Shown: positions 9,329-19,050, counted from the first letter of the stretch. The stretch is DNA of 64,000 nucleotides from a virus (IMGVR_UViG_3300038345_000103:1-64000), one strand, 5' to 3'. Notes: generated by a model not told the origin, from the sequence alone. Numbers and translations are program-made.

Positions 9329-9842
9329 TGTATTAACAATTGAAGAAGTAACAAATGAGCAGGTCATTGTAAAGGTAAACGCTAAAGACGCATTGACTGT
9401 AGCACGACATCCATATTTAAGCAGCGATATAGCTTATATTACAATAACACGTGGAAAGAATCACATCTTTACAGTCATAAAGGAAGACGGCACGACATGG
9501 GATTTCCATTTCGGTGAAAGTGGATATACCCTTGTATCAGATGGGATAACAAAGTTAAAGCAAAAGGTTTTAAGTTTCCTTGATGATAATTGTATCCCGA
9601 TTGATTATAATGGCGGAACGCTTACAGGTGCCACTATTTATTATAACAGCGGTTACAAAAAGTGGCAGTTAGCAATCGATACGTCAAAAGGTAGATTTAT
9701 GGTGTGGTCCAGTAAGGCAACTGATTTCACATCTGCGGTTGAAGAATTTAAGCCTTTCGTTGAAGCACACTGGAATCAGTCTACAGCGGTAACTGGCATA
9801 ACTGTATGGAAGGCGGGTAATCCGAAATTTAATGTGAGGTGA
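9321..9842 (+). CDS. Hypothetical protein
   Basis: GGAG RBS before ATG 9321. Confidence 0.7.
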   Translation: MSDVLTIEEVTNEQVIVKVNAKDALTVARHPYLSSDIAYITITRGKNHIFTVIKEDGTTWDFHFGESGYTLVSDGITKLKQKVLSFLDDNCIPIDYNGGTLTGATIYYNSGYKKWQLAIDTSKGRFMVWSSKATDFTSAVEEFKPFVEAHWNQSTAVTGITVWKAGNPKFNVR

Positions 9843-9846
9843 TAGC

Positions 9847-10077
9847 ATGAATACAGAAATGAAAGTTCGTGACTATGATAACTTTATGGCAGTCCATGAT
9901 GTATATACCAGAGCATATAATGCGGGGAAAACGGATGTCATAAAGATATTCGTAGAACGGATTAAGAAAGATATTGGACATATGAAGTTTATTGACGGTA
10001 ATGCTTTTGCGATTAAGCGCGAAATAGAACAAGTTATAAACAAAAGAATGAGGGAGGCATTAGGCAATGAAGATTGA
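9847..10077 (+). CDS. Hypothetical protein, paralog of 7708-7893
   Basis: GAGGTG RBS; sequence similarity to 7708-7893. Confidence 0.65.
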   Translation: MNTEMKVRDYDNFMAVHDVYTRAYNAGKTDVIKIFVERIKKDIGHMKFIDGNAFAIKREIEQVINKRMREALGNED

Positions 10078-10131
10078 GTGCACAACCACAAAGACAATTT
10101 ACAAGGACATGAATGGAAAGGAAAGGTAAAA

Positions 10132-10800
10132 ATGAGCAGACCGAAAATTAAAAAGTATATTACAACAATGGTAAAACGAATTAATGCAGAAACTGATATT
10201 GGTGCAAGATACGAAGCAAAAGAAGCATTGATTGAGCGGTTATGGAAAGCATTAAATGACGTAGATTACATCTCTTATGAAGATGGATATGTTTACAATC
10301 GCTACATCAATTTTGATTCTAATTGTGGACTGTCGATAATTCAAAATACCACAGATTTAGAACACATTATTGAAGCAGTAAAGGCTTCAGGGAAATCATT
10401 AGACGAACTTACCTTTAAGGATGTTGTATCGCTGTTTAATGATATATATGATAGACGTGAAGATTGGAAAGACCTTATCAATGAAGATTATACCTTCGAT
10501 TATACGCCGGATGAGTTCGCCGAAGCAGTACTGAGTATCGCAGATGATTGGGTTGGTGAAGATAAATTCAAGGAAGATATTCATAAATATGCTTTAATGA
10601 ATACATTGAATGATGTATGGAAATATCTGTGCAAGGGAAAGCCCGGAAACGGTACATGCTTATCGCAGTTCTATGTATCAAATCCTAATGAAGTTGCTCA
10701 GGCATTTTGGAATGGCGTGCTGACTGTCCTTGAGATTGAGGGGAAAATAACAAGCGAACAGGGCATAAAAATCTGGAACGAATTAAACGGCAGGAAGTGA
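10132..10800 (+). CDS. Hypothetical protein
   Basis: AAAGG RBS before ATG 10132. Confidence 0.7.
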   Translation: MSRPKIKKYITTMVKRINAETDIGARYEAKEALIERLWKALNDVDYISYEDGYVYNRYINFDSNCGLSIIQNTTDLEHIIEAVKASGKSLDELTFKDVVSLFNDIYDRREDWKDLINEDYTFDYTPDEFAEAVLSIADDWVGEDKFKEDIHKYALMNTLNDVWKYLCKGKPGNGTCLSQFYVSNPNEVAQAFWNGVLTVLEIEGKITSEQGIKIWNELNGRK

Positions 10801-10997
10801 TAGATGTGATAAATATGTGGTATGGAAACCTCATAACAGAAGTTGACAACATTGATTATGGTTTTAATGAATCCGACTGCTCATATCATGGAACGATGTA
10901 TATCAAAGAGAAAGCAGTCGGAGACTTTGTAGCATTAAGTTATTCAGAAATATGGAAAACATTTAAGCATTTAAGAGGAGGAAAGCATTATGCCTAA
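10797..10997 (+). CDS. Hypothetical protein
   Basis: GTGA overlap with the upstream stop. Confidence 0.6.
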   Translation: MIDVINMWYGNLITEVDNIDYGFNESDCSYHGTMYIKEKAVGDFVALSYSEIWKTFKHLRGGKHYA

Positions 10998-11646
10998 CTG
11001 GACAAAAAACGTGTTGATTTTTAAGAAGAAAGAAGATTTTAAAGGATTCCTGTCAAAGTATGTAGACGAAAAGGGAGATGTTAATTTTAACAGGATTATT
11101 TTAAGACCGGAAGAGTTAAACGATACGATTTCAGGTGGAAAGATTATGGAGTGTATTGCCTGCTATCTGTTCAGTACAGAAAGTAAGGATAAGGCACTTG
11201 AGATTTTAAAGGAAATAGATAAAAATTTCCATGTGCCTAACATAGAATTAACAGCGTTTGAAATCAAAGCGAACTTAAGGGAATACTGTTTTAATCTTCG
11301 TATGTTTAACAGCGAATATGAGACAGGAGCAAAAAAGGATTATACGCCAGAAGAAATTGGCGAGCATTATTATAATCTGTATTTGAAATATGGACATATA
11401 GATTGGTACACATGGTCTTGTGAGAATTGGGGAACCAAATGGAATGCTTGCGATACATATATTGACGATAAAAAAATGATGATTTCTTTTGATACTGCGT
11501 GGTCGCGTCCTTGTGGAATTTATAAAAAGATAGCCGAGGATAACCCCGATTGGGATATACAAATTCGTTTGGCGTATGAAAATGGTGGTAAATACAATGA
11601 AAAGATTAGGAAGGGGGAATATATAAATATGTATGAAAGAATATAG
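10990..11646 (+). CDS. YubB/DUF1281-like ferredoxin-fold protein
   Basis: MPNW start; DWY.W..ENWGTKWNA and FDTAWS.P signature motifs. Confidence 0.75.
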   Translation: MPNWTKNVLIFKKKEDFKGFLSKYVDEKGDVNFNRIILRPEELNDTISGGKIMECIACYLFSTESKDKALEILKEIDKNFHVPNIELTAFEIKANLREYCFNLRMFNSEYETGAKKDYTPEEIGEHYYNLYLKYGHIDWYTWSCENWGTKWNACDTYIDDKKMMISFDTAWSRPCGIYKKIAEDNPDWDIQIRLAYENGGKYNEKIRKGEYINMYERI

Positions 11647-11824
11647 TAGAAAGGAGTTTGAACGGATATTAGTAAACAATGGCTACATCATAGCAAGGCA
11701 AAACGGGAAACACTGTATGTGGAAAAAGGACGGAATGCATAATATTGCCGTCCCGAAACACAAGTTGAACTTTATGATATGTAAAAGGCTTATCAAAGAA
11801 AATAATTTAATTATGGAGGATTAA
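11633..11824 (+). CDS. hicA: HicA-family mRNA interferase-like protein
   Basis: 63 aa; ILVNNGY..RQNGKH.MW....IAVPKH matches the HicA pattern (G-S/K-H, VP.H). Confidence 0.7.
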   Translation: MKEYSRKEFERILVNNGYIIARQNGKHCMWKKDGMHNIAVPKHKLNFMICKRLIKENNLIMED

Positions 11825-11827
11825 AAC

Positions 11828-12760
11828 ATGAGTGCATTTGTAGAATCAATGTTTTCAGTAAGAGAAGTGCCGTGGCATTCGTTAGGCAGGATAGTTAAAG
11901 ACGCCCCCACAAGCGAAGACGCTATTAGATTAGCGGGGCTTGATTGGAACGTAGAACAGAAACCTATATTCTTAGAGGACGGAACTAAGATTACAGGTAA
12001 TTATGCAAACGTTCGTAATAAGGACAACAGAGTTTTAGGTATTGTCGGTGACCGTTATAAGATAGTCCAGAATCTTGATGCGTTTGCATTTACGGATGCA
12101 TTGCTTGGCGAGGGAGTTAAATATGAAACAGCCGGCTCATTAAAGGACGGCAAAACAGTTTGGTTATTAGCGAGAATGCCTGAAACAGTTAAGATATTAG
12201 GAGATGAAATTGCTCCCTATCTTGTATTCACTAACACACATGACGGAAGTGGTGCTGTAAGGGTAACAGCTACTAATGTTAGGGTATGCTGTTTTAATAC
12301 CCTTAACATGGCACTCAAGAAAGCGAAACGAGTATGGTCAGCAAGACATACCGGTTCGATACAGAACAAACTTGACGATGCAATGAAAACCTTACAGTTT
12401 GCTCATGAATATATCGAAGCCACAAAGCAGACGATGGAAGATTTGCATAAGGTAAAATTACCGGATGATGACCTGTACAAGACAATTCAGCGTATCATTC
12501 CTATCGATGAAGATTTAACGGAAAGGCAAAAGGCAAACCTTCAGAGAATATCGGATGACATCTTATACAGATATACATTCGCACCTGACCTTGTTAATCT
12601 TGATAAGACAGGAGCAAGATTAGTACAGGCTGTAGCAGATACAACAAGCCACATCGAGCCGGTCAGAATGACAGCGAATTATAAGGAAAATCATTTCAAG
12701 GCAATGCTTGATGGAAATGATTTACTTGATAAAACAGTTAATATTTTACTTAGTGCATAA
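11828..12760 (+). CDS. DUF932/DUF945 phage-plasmid protein
   Basis: MSAFVESMFSVREVPWH, YETAGSL..GK.VWLLA, NTHDGS, RV.C.NTL motifs. Confidence 0.85.
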   Translation: MSAFVESMFSVREVPWHSLGRIVKDAPTSEDAIRLAGLDWNVEQKPIFLEDGTKITGNYANVRNKDNRVLGIVGDRYKIVQNLDAFAFTDALLGEGVKYETAGSLKDGKTVWLLARMPETVKILGDEIAPYLVFTNTHDGSGAVRVTATNVRVCCFNTLNMALKKAKRVWSARHTGSIQNKLDDAMKTLQFAHEYIEATKQTMEDLHKVKLPDDDLYKTIQRIIPIDEDLTERQKANLQRISDDILYRYTFAPDLVNLDKTGARLVQAVADTTSHIEPVRMTANYKENHFKAMLDGNDLLDKTVNILLSA

Positions 12761-12772
12761 GGAGGTAGAACA

Positions 12773-13189
12773 ATGGGAACACGCAGTATTATTAAGTTTG
12801 TTGAAAAGTATGATGAGGAATATGAGTTGGTAACCATATATCAGCAGTATGATGGTTATCTTGAGGGCGTCGGACGTGAACTTGCACAGTGGCTGAGCGA
12901 CAAAGAGATTATCAATGGCATTGGCTTAGGAGATAATACAAATCGTGCTAATGGAGCGGGGTGTTTGGCTGCACAGTTTATTAAGGAGTTCAAAAAAGAA
13001 ATCGGCGGATTGTATATACGTCCGTCTGATGCCGAACCTCAGGATTTCAATTACAGAGTTGTTATAGATGGAACTGGTAAAGCAGATGACGTAATAAAGA
13101 TAACGGTTACTCGGTATCGTGACAAAGAACCGATATTCGTCGGTACACCGAGCGAACTGTTAGCATTAAGCAAACGAGAGGAGAATTAA
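12773..13189 (+). CDS. Conserved-looking hypothetical protein
   Basis: MGTRS..IYQQYDGY.EGVG pattern typical of phage early genes; RBS. Confidence 0.75.
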   Translation: MGTRSIIKFVEKYDEEYELVTIYQQYDGYLEGVGRELAQWLSDKEIINGIGLGDNTNRANGAGCLAAQFIKEFKKEIGGLYIRPSDAEPQDFNYRVVIDGTGKADDVIKITVTRYRDKEPIFVGTPSELLALSKREEN

Positions 13190-13192
13190 GAA

Positions 13193-14026
13193 ATGGGAAA
13201 GACAACACCTGTTGTTAAATGGGCTGGCGGAAAACGTCAGCTCATTCCCACTATCAAAGAAATGATGCCTGAACATTTTAATAGGTATTATGAGCCGTTC
13301 TTTGGTGGTGGAGCGTTGTTCTGTGAACTTGAACCAAAGCAGGCAACAATCAATGATTTTAATGAGAAACTGATAAACGTTTATAGAGTTATCAAGAAAA
13401 ACGCTGATGGCGTCAGCAAGGAACTTACGGAAATTGAAGATGAGTATAACGCACTTCCCAGTATGCCGATGAAGGATATGTTTTATTACGAATATCGTAG
13501 TAAATATAATCGTTTCAGTCTGTTCCATGAGTGCATTGAAGATGAAAAACTTGCGGCTCTATTTATTTTTCTTAATAAGGCAGCCTTCAACGGCTTATAT
13601 AGGGAAAACCGCTTAGGGCAATTTAACGTGTCTCCGGCTCATCGTAAGACGATTAAGTTATGCGACACTGATAATATTGTTAGGATGTCAGAACTGCTCA
13701 AGAAAGCGAAAATAATGAGCGGTGACTTTGAGCGGGCTTGTAAGGATGCAAAGGCAGGTGACTTTGTATTCTTTGATTCGCCCTATTATGATACATTTGA
13801 TGATTATCAGGCAGGCGGTTTCTCTACGGATGACCACATGAGATTATTTAATCTGTTTAAATCATTAACGGAAAAGGGTGTGTACTGTATGCTGACCAAT
13901 AACGATTGTGATTTCATAAAGGACTTATATAAGGACTATAAAATAACTACAGTCGGTGTCAAACGAATGATAAATTGTGATAGCAAAAAGAGAACTGGAA
14001 CGGAATTAATCGTTATAAATTATTAA
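13193..14026 (+). CDS. dam: Dam/DpnM-family N6-adenine DNA methyltransferase
   Basis: KWAGGKRQL, YYEPFFGGGA (motif I), FNGLYREN, FVFFDSPY (motif IV variant). Confidence 0.92.
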   Translation: MGKTTPVVKWAGGKRQLIPTIKEMMPEHFNRYYEPFFGGGALFCELEPKQATINDFNEKLINVYRVIKKNADGVSKELTEIEDEYNALPSMPMKDMFYYEYRSKYNRFSLFHECIEDEKLAALFIFLNKAAFNGLYRENRLGQFNVSPAHRKTIKLCDTDNIVRMSELLKKAKIMSGDFERACKDAKAGDFVFFDSPYYDTFDDYQAGGFSTDDHMRLFNLFKSLTEKGVYCMLTNNDCDFIKDLYKDYKITTVGVKRMINCDSKKRTGTELIVINY

Positions 14027-14034
14027 GGGAGGCT

Positions 14035-14568
14035 ATGTTTATGAATGAGTATATCTCACAGGGAGCGGTGGCTAATAGGAATGGTTCAATGTTTGAAGCG
14101 GTTTTGCTTCCTGTATTCCAGAGATTTGGTTTCCCAGTTTATAGCGAAAGGGAAATACAGATGAATCCAACATTGGTTGAGAACTGTAATAAGTTTGTTA
14201 TGACCAATGCAAGTTATACAAGTATATACGGCAGTTCTAAAAGTCGTACGGAATATCTTATCATTCACGTTGATAGACAAATCAGGGTGGAAATTAAGTT
14301 TCAGGTAGCAAACGGCTCAGTTGATGAGAAGTATCCATACATGTTACTCAATGCCATATATGCTTTCCCCGAAAGGGAAGTCATTCTTATCGTTGATGGT
14401 GGCGGATATAAAGAGGGAGCAAGGCAATGGTTACAGGATATGATTAATCTCAACTGGCTCGATTATCGCGGAATGGGTAAGGATATAAAGTTAATGACCA
14501 TAAGTGAATTTATCACATGGTTTACTAAAGAATTTGGGAGGACAAACAATGCCGAGATATATCAGTGA
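14035..14568 (+). CDS. PD-(D/E)XK nuclease, putative restriction endonuclease
   Basis: NG..FE, RTEY..IRVEIKFQ..NGSVDEKYPY and IVDGGGYK motifs; directly downstream of the MTase. Confidence 0.7.
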   Translation: MFMNEYISQGAVANRNGSMFEAVLLPVFQRFGFPVYSEREIQMNPTLVENCNKFVMTNASYTSIYGSSKSRTEYLIIHVDRQIRVEIKFQVANGSVDEKYPYMLLNAIYAFPEREVILIVDGGGYKEGARQWLQDMINLNWLDYRGMGKDIKLMTISEFITWFTKEFGRTNNAEIYQ

Positions 14569-15247
14569 GAAGGTGCTTAAAGATAGAGCACAGAATTTAT
14601 TAGAAAAGCGAAACAAGATGCTGAAAGATGCAGATGAGTTGCATGTAAAGATACAGCAGGGAAACAAAAAGACCGGTGTGAATTGCTGGACGGTCTCATT
14701 ACTGCCTGTTGTTGATTGCGTTAACTGTAAGGAGTGCTCAAAAGACTGCTATGATTTAAAGTCGGATATGATTTACAAATCAGTCGTTGAAGATAGATGT
14801 AGAAATTCTGTTATCCATAAACAGGACAGAGAACGATACTGGTCAGAGATTGACTTACAGATTAAAGCGAACTTTATCAGAGAATTACGTTTAAATGTTG
14901 GCGGTGATTTAGATGATGAAGATTTTCACTATGTTGCTGAACTTGGACGTAACAATCCAAAAATTAAGATATTGTTCTTTACGAAGAATTATAAGGGAAT
15001 CAATAAGTATTTAAGTCACGATACTTTTCCTGACAACGTAAGAGCGATACTAAGTGCATGGATAAATACGCCGATGGATAATCCATATAATCTGCCGTGT
15101 GCTCACGTTTTATATGAAAGCGGGGCAACCACTGCTCCTGATTATGGTGCCATATATTGCAAGGGAAATTGCAGTGAATGTGCTTTTAATGAAGATGGCT
15201 GTTGGACATTAGGCAAAGGCGGTCATGTAATCTTTAAGGTACATTAA
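14549..15247 (+). CDS. GP88-like (radical-SAM-related) protein
   Basis: GNKKTG..SLLP, CxxCxxCxxxCY, LRLNVGGD, FFTK, C-terminal C.GNC.EC. Confidence 0.65.
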   Translation: MPRYISEKVLKDRAQNLLEKRNKMLKDADELHVKIQQGNKKTGVNCWTVSLLPVVDCVNCKECSKDCYDLKSDMIYKSVVEDRCRNSVIHKQDRERYWSEIDLQIKANFIRELRLNVGGDLDDEDFHYVAELGRNNPKIKILFFTKNYKGINKYLSHDTFPDNVRAILSAWINTPMDNPYNLPCAHVLYESGATTAPDYGAIYCKGNCSECAFNEDGCWTLGKGGHVIFKVH

Positions 15248-15260
15248 GGAGGTGATATAG

Positions 15261-15494
15261 ATGTACGTAGTGGGACAGGAAATCAACATAGGTTATTATG
15301 GTGGATTTCACAATCAAACAAAAATAATCAGTAAGGCAAAGATATTCACAATCGACAATCAATTCATCACAATACATGTTGCCCTGTCTCACGGCGGGCA
15401 TAGAGAAATGTTTGGTTATGATTATCAGTTAAAAGAATTAGAAGAAAATTATGTAAAATGGAAGGGAGATAAGACATGTATAAAGTATTGTTAA
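15261..15494 (+). CDS. Hypothetical protein
   Basis: AGGAGG RBS. Confidence 0.7.
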   Translation: MYVVGQEINIGYYGGFHNQTKIISKAKIFTIDNQFITIHVALSHGGHREMFGYDYQLKELEENYVKWKGDKTCIKYC

Positions 15495-15760
15495 GTGCTT
15501 GTGGCAATATAGACCACAACGAAAACCCGAATGATTCAATCGTTAACAAGAGAAATGTTCCTTCAAAGGAAGTGCAGGCGGCAACACTTGATGGATGTAA
15601 AACGGCGGTGTTGGAATATATCGATTATTATGATTTAGGTGCCGGAAACTGGACTGGTGGACAGACCTATAAGAATGATGAATATATAGGACGCTTTTCA
15701 TATAACGGAAGATTCTGGGGAGCAGATACAGATTATGGAAAGGGGCAGCAACATGGATAA
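15476..15760 (+). CDS. Conserved-looking hypothetical protein
   Basis: GNIDH, LGAGNWTGG and IGRFSYNGR motifs; RBS. Confidence 0.7.
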   Translation: MYKVLLSACGNIDHNENPNDSIVNKRNVPSKEVQAATLDGCKTAVLEYIDYYDLGAGNWTGGQTYKNDEYIGRFSYNGRFWGADTDYGKGQQHG

Positions 15761-15944
15761 GGCAAAGTTATGTGGGTTTATCTTTTGTCATGGGCATAAA
15801 GATTTTTCCATATGGGAAACAGATGCTATTAACAAAGAAGATAGCGAAGCAATTCAGAAGATTCTCAGCAAGTATGATACAGAGGGAACAAGCGTAAGAA
15901 ACTGTTGGGATTCAATATCAGACATTATGAACGAAGAATATTAA
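15753..15944 (+). CDS. Hypothetical protein
   Basis: ATG 15753 overlaps the upstream stop. Confidence 0.6.
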   Translation: MDKAKLCGFIFCHGHKDFSIWETDAINKEDSEAIQKILSKYDTEGTSVRNCWDSISDIMNEEY

Positions 15945-15961
15945 TAAAAAGGAGATAAGAC

Positions 15962-16861
15962 ATGAACGCATTAATCACAAAAGTTATTTTTAATAATCCC
16001 GCAACTATCGTATTTTGGAATGACAATACTAAGACAGTAGTCAAGGCAAATAAGGATGATGTATTTGATGCTGAAACAGGATTGGCAATGGCAATCACTA
16101 AAAAGATGTGTAATAACATCCATTGGAAGAATGTATTTCAGATTATTACCACCGACGACAAGATTAAGGGAAAGATTAACAGACGAAAACTTGGCGATGA
16201 TAGAACCATAGCATTGTGTTATGCAAGAGCATATTATCACAATGATACAAATTGGTATAAGAAGTTTTCTGCATGGCTTCCTAAAGAGAAACATGTCGAT
16301 AATCAGAAACAGGTCGATAATCATAGTTATGGTGATTGGAAGGAGACGAATCCTGAATCAGAAGCATATATCGCGGCTCCTCCTGTTTTATCAGCAGAGC
16401 CGACACTTAATGACAAGATTATTGCAATGTTCAATGCCGGACGGAGCATTAATTCTATCAGCAAGGAAACTGGAATATCAGTTTACTATATAAAGAAATA
16501 CATTGATACAGCAACCACTCCCAAAGCAAACAAGGGAAAGGCAAATAGGATTATCAAGGCTGCATTAAAACCTAATAGAACAAGAGCATCTTATACTGTT
16601 CGTACTCAGATAGATTTTCCTAAATATCTTGATAAGAATACTTGTGAAGAAATCTTAGCCCAGACCAAAGAGAAATATAAGGATAAGCCGAAGTCACATT
16701 GTATGTCTGAACTTCAGAGATTGTTTATAGCAGAATGTAAAAAGCATTATATAGCCACTCATTATGGTCATGGTTATGATATGTATGCTATTGCAAAGAC
16801 ACTTGGTACTAATGCTTCAGCAGTTCAAAAGATATGGAACGCGATAAAGAGAGGTGAATAA
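15962..16861 (+). CDS. Hypothetical protein with a phage N-terminal domain and HTH-like segments
   Basis: KVIFNNPATIVFW.D.TKTVVK...FD.E.GLAMA; GRSINSISKETGISVYYIKK HTH-like segment. Confidence 0.75.
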   Translation: MNALITKVIFNNPATIVFWNDNTKTVVKANKDDVFDAETGLAMAITKKMCNNIHWKNVFQIITTDDKIKGKINRRKLGDDRTIALCYARAYYHNDTNWYKKFSAWLPKEKHVDNQKQVDNHSYGDWKETNPESEAYIAAPPVLSAEPTLNDKIIAMFNAGRSINSISKETGISVYYIKKYIDTATTPKANKGKANRIIKAALKPNRTRASYTVRTQIDFPKYLDKNTCEEILAQTKEKYKDKPKSHCMSELQRLFIAECKKHYIATHYGHGYDMYAIAKTLGTNASAVQKIWNAIKRGE

Positions 16862-17084
16862 TATGACAGTAGCAGATTTATTAGCAAGGATTGAATCATA
16901 TCCTAAGGGATTTGAGTTTACACTTCCGTATAATCAGATGACAGAAAAAGTACAGAAAGATACGCATAAGATAATGAGGTTGGCAACGGACAAGGGTTTG
17001 GTTGAAAGTATTGCAATCGGTGCCGGTTGGGATGCTGATGGAACTTTTAATGGATTCCAGAATGAAACGTTTAAGAGATTATGA
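16854..17084 (+). CDS. Hypothetical protein
   Basis: GAGG RBS; overlap with upstream gene. Confidence 0.65.
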   Translation: MNNMTVADLLARIESYPKGFEFTLPYNQMTEKVQKDTHKIMRLATDKGLVESIAIGAGWDADGTFNGFQNETFKRL

Positions 17085-17292
17085 AAGGAGATAACAGATG
17101 GAGGTGATAAGATGACAGAACGGGAAAGGATATATGATATGTTAAGCTTTACTCTTACTGAGTATGAAAACAGTCCTGACAGAAAGGAAAGTGGTTGGGC
17201 AGAAACATTATACGATGTATTAGTAGAAGTGCAAAGAAATTGGGAAACAGTTATTACGGCAGATAAAAGCTAAGTTTGAAAGGAGAAATATT

Positions 17293-17601
17293 ATGAAACG
17301 GTTGATAAAATCAATTACACCTTATGCAAACTTATACAGAGACGACCAAACAGGTATAGCTTGGATTGCAGACGGAAGTTCGGGTTGTGGTTTTTCAGTT
17401 CATAGCAATATAATGGCAAATGGTTCTGTAAGAGGCATGAAAAATCTTGGTTATTGGGGAAAGAAAGATAGAACGGTAAGAAGCCATGGTTTTATATACA
17501 ACATTGATTCGTTTGTTTGTGATAAAGATTGTGAATTTGAAATGATAGTCGCAAGTGAATGTAGATGTCAAGGTTGTTTAGAGAGACGCGATAACAGTTG
17601 A
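17293..17601 (+). CDS. Hypothetical protein
   Basis: AAAGGAG RBS. Confidence 0.7.
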   Translation: MKRLIKSITPYANLYRDDQTGIAWIADGSSGCGFSVHSNIMANGSVRGMKNLGYWGKKDRTVRSHGFIYNIDSFVCDKDCEFEMIVASECRCQGCLERRDNS

Positions 17602-17622
17602 GTTCGAAAGGAGAGGATAATT

Positions 17623-17928
17623 ATGGGCTATAAGATTACAAGAGATGGCGGAAACGTTTTTGTTGTCGCGGATGAGCAGTATTTTATTGAAAAAGACTGT
17701 GAAAATTTATGGGAAAAAGAGCGTATCTATTATAAGAGAGGTGCGTTCGCCATAATGGTAACGGAAAGGAAGAATACACATCCTCTTTGTACGCTAGGTG
17801 TTGAAGACGATGGGACTATTTGTTTTACTCCGATAAGTACATGTTTTGATGCCAGTTGGTTAAATGATTTAATCAAAGTGGCATATAATACAGCTTATAA
17901 ATTACAAACAGAAAAGAAAGGAGAATAA
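17623..17928 (+). CDS. Hypothetical protein
   Basis: GGAGAGG RBS. Confidence 0.7.
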   Translation: MGYKITRDGGNVFVVADEQYFIEKDCENLWEKERIYYKRGAFAIMVTERKNTHPLCTLGVEDDGTICFTPISTCFDASWLNDLIKVAYNTAYKLQTEKKGE

Positions 17929-17930
17929 AT

Positions 17931-18440
17931 ATGAACGTATTTGATAATGTATTTTATTATGAAACTGACAAGGGAAACGTTGGTATAGTTCGGGCTGACA
18001 ATGAAGCCGATGCAAGAGAGCGGGTAGAAAATTATTATTATGAAGATATAACAACCATTACATGCTGTAGTGATATAGAAAAACATGATTATGGTGTTGC
18101 TCCTTTATTTGGTGATGCTCCTGTTCTTCGGACTAAAAATGGATATGAATATGAAATTAACATTAACCCTGAAGATATGAATACAAAAGATAAAGATATA
18201 TGGGGAGCCGCAATGCTCTGGCTTGATGATGAACGCGGCGTTGATTTTAACTTATCGTATGATGATGGACTTAATCAGTCGGCTATCTATAAGGCAAGTT
18301 GCGATAAATATATGGAAGACCTTACAGAAACCTTTTCTCATTATGAGATAGACTTTTCCGATATATTTTGGAAACAGAAACTTATTGATGAGATGGAACG
18401 CGTAGCAGAAGAGTTTTGGGGAAAGGAGACAAACACATGA
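17931..18440 (+). CDS. Hypothetical protein
   Basis: AAAGGAG RBS. Confidence 0.7.
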   Translation: MNVFDNVFYYETDKGNVGIVRADNEADARERVENYYYEDITTITCCSDIEKHDYGVAPLFGDAPVLRTKNGYEYEININPEDMNTKDKDIWGAAMLWLDDERGVDFNLSYDDGLNQSAIYKASCDKYMEDLTETFSHYEIDFSDIFWKQKLIDEMERVAEEFWGKETNT

Positions 18441-18646
18441 AAACATGGAGAGTAACATTAGTAAGCAAATCTTATTATGCGGTTGATATTCAGGCTGAAT
18501 CAGCAAAGGAAGCGGAGAAAATAGCACAACGGAATTTAGACAGCAATGATGAGTATTTATCATCATTAGAGATATATGCTTGTCAGAATGATGTAGTCAA
18601 AAGAGCAACTATGGAAATGGAGGATTTGGTAAATGTGGATGGCTAG
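18437..18646 (+). CDS. Hypothetical protein
   Basis: ATGA overlap with the upstream stop; AAGGAG RBS. Confidence 0.6.
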   Translation: MKTWRVTLVSKSYYAVDIQAESAKEAEKIAQRNLDSNDEYLSSLEIYACQNDVVKRATMEMEDLVNVDG

Positions 18647-18854
18647 AATTGGTGGATGGACCGATGTAATTGCGTTTAGCGAAAACAAAGATAAAGCACG
18701 GGATTTAGCAGTACAGGCAAAGAAAGCACGGTGTCGGGATGACTTGGACAAATGGAACTGGCAGACAGTTTCAGATTATTATGGAGCAACATTACATTAT
18801 GTTTGTGATGGCTTGCTTATTATTGAAGGAGATGATACGAATGAAAACCGGTGA
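18633..18854 (+). CDS. Hypothetical protein
   Basis: GGAGG RBS; ORF track. Confidence 0.55.
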   Translation: MWMARIGGWTDVIAFSENKDKARDLAVQAKKARCRDDLDKWNWQTVSDYYGATLHYVCDGLLIIEGDDTNENR

Positions 18855-19017
18855 TAGAGTGAAGATAATATCAGTTCCTGATTATTGTCGGGAAGATTTA
18901 GGTAAATACGGAACTGTAATGGAAACCAAAACATTTTATGGTGGTGTTGATGTCCTGCTTGATGGAGATGATGGACTGACTGCTATTTATGAGCAGCAAT
19001 TGCAAGTTCAAAATTAA
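18841..19017 (+). CDS. Small SH3/KOW-like hypothetical protein
   Basis: MKTGDRVKI...GKYGTV..V.V.LD pattern; AAGGAG RBS. Confidence 0.55.
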   Translation: MKTGDRVKIISVPDYCREDLGKYGTVMETKTFYGGVDVLLDGDDGLTAIYEQQLQVQN

Positions 19018-19021
19018 GCAC

Positions 19022-19050
19022 TTGACAAATTGCCTACTGTACGATATAAT
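19022..19050 (+). promoter_or_regulatory. Sigma70-type promoter
   Basis: TTGACA-17bp-TATAAT, intergenic. Confidence 0.8.

Noticed and set aside
13790-13800. DSPY instead of DPPY as a sign of an inactive MTase
   Set aside because: All other motifs are intact and a single P-to-S change in motif IV is not enough to call it dead
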